A stretch of DNA of 64,000 bases. Source: Phoronis australis. Lineage: Eukaryota; Animalia; Phoronida. The position numbers and the translations under genes are program-made. The notes below the pieces were generated by a model that worked only from the letters and a program-made list of their open reading frames with translations, was not told the origin of the DNA and ran no database searches. Positions 62,291 through 64,000 of the stretch are shown in pieces (within the stretch, counting starts at the first letter, position 1; each line of letters begins with the position of its first letter). The DNA lies in assembly GCA_002633005.1 (NCBI GenBank), contig NMRA01000113.1:72797-136796 (forward strand), given 5' to 3'.

Positions 62291-64000
62291 TTACACTGTG
62301 AGCATCGCAATTGGAAATCAACTTAAAATATCGTTCACAGGATGGCTTGCTAGTTATGAGAAAATAGTCAAATGCAATCCAGTTAATAGATATTAAGATT
62401 GCATCCAAAAATAAAATGACCACTAGGGGCGCTGCAATAGTTGGATCCATCCAATACAGGATGCCAGTCCTGCTCACCTTAATAGAAACCCATTTGCCAC
62501 GATCATTCTTCAACGGGTTTATAAGACAGAAGCGGATACCCAAAGTAAACCATAAACTTAAAAAAAATTTCCACTAGGGGACAGAACAGAAGTATGAAAA
62601 TGGGTAAGTGCTGCTCTGTCCAGGGTAGAGTTCAGTAATGATAGGACGTCGGAAAATCTAGCCAAAATCACGTGTTCTCATTTAAAGTACATGGCAATAT
62701 CTAACGTAATCTCGGGAAGTCTTGCTTTTAGCAAGGTCCTAACGTTACTGAACTATACTCTCAATAAAATCTTCTGTGCCAAAGTTTAAGAAGGTTCTTC
62801 ATTAAACATGGTAAGAATTGAGGCAAATGCAAACATTAAAACTGTCACTAGGATGCATAGAAACAGATGAAGCTGACCGAAAATTTATCCAACAACAGAA
62901 ACACCATCGTTAAATTTCGTAACGAATCTTCAAACCGTTGGGCAGAAAAAGACTGATGAGTGATGTCAAAAACTGAGCCAGAACACTGAAATTGCCAATA
63001 AGGGGCGCACGGCATATAGGAGCTGTGTGTATATATATTGAGAGATAGGCACAAAAAACTAAAGCTGTCATAAGAGGTACAGCAGGATTTGAGAAGCAAT
63101 ATCAACCCTTCTCATGTCAGTTAGAACCCATCACTCAAATTTCATAATGATCTTTCACTGAACTTGACAGTGCAAAAAAAATAACTGCTACCAGGAAGCA
63201 TAGAGGTATTTTGAACTTGTTTGAAAGTAAATGAGTCGTATTAATAGGAATCCCTCAAATTTCATAATGATCATTCAAACAATTTGACAGATAGAAGAGT
63301 GGTTGCCAAAAATGAAACCGAAAAATAAAACTTCCACTAGTAGGTGCAACAGTAGTGACTCAAACATCTCTGGAACACATAATGCCAAATTACGTAAGAG
63401 TGACTTGGTACACTAGAGGCAGATGTAAAAACTTATAATTGCCACTAGGTTGCTCATCAGTAGTGGGATCTGTTGCAGAGTCATCACCAACTGTTGTCAC
63501 ACATGCCAAACTACATGAAACTACGTCTTGAATAAGCGCTAGTCTTTAATTAGCATTGGGGATATAAGTTCAGTACAAAATTAACACCAGGTCTTGAATA
63601 ATACCTAGGATTTCATTACGACATCACAAGTAGCTTGAAAGCTTTCCGACAGTCTTTTAGCCAACAGCAGAATGAGCTCAATGTGTTGTAATAAATATGG
63701 GGAAGGGTCCTCAGCTCATTGTGAAATAAGTGCCCGGGGCACTTAATCCAGTGGGTAGACATCATTATACATGGTATTAATTAACTGGACTCAGGTCATG
63801 AATGATTCCAAAGTGGGCACACCCACTGCCTGGTCTGGGAGACCATTCCAGAGAAAGGAAGAAGGAAGGTCTCGGTGTGGATCCTGTGATAAATACGATT
63901 ACGGGAAAGAAGAAATGTAGAGTCTGAAGGGGAGAAAATTTGAAACTGAAGATGGCAAACTACATCTATACTGTATATTACCATAAAATCTCGTCAATTT

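Overview
AT-rich, intron-containing animal (probably invertebrate) genomic DNA with two assembly gaps (6085-6375, 25790-26450). Five spliced protein-coding genes were reconstructed by hand: (1) the last two exons of prefoldin subunit 4 (+), joined by a minor-spliceosome (U12) AT-AC intron that contains a Penelope remnant; (2) a 310-aa orphan type I membrane protein (-, 16161-12026); (3) a 263-aa secreted Cys-module/Pro-Lys-tail protein (+, 19649-24589) whose 3' half is repeated at 26451-29608; (4) an 875-aa triple-MATH/coiled-coil protein with a DKY hexapeptide-repeat tail (+, 30417-46369); (5) eight 3' exons of a CaM-kinase kinase (-, 62145-55182). There is also one tRNA-Ile(AAT), a decayed hAT transposase, Penelope/GIY-YIG remnants with degenerate hammerhead-like motifs, several non-autonomous TIR elements with 5-6 bp target duplications (one family carrying a tRNA-like Pol III module), an array of palindromic hairpin repeats, an inverted satellite around the first gap, and several mini/microsatellites. 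I found no multi-gene novel system. The best leads are the AT-AC intron, the three uncharacterised proteins and the unusual repeat elements. All calls are by eye with no database search.
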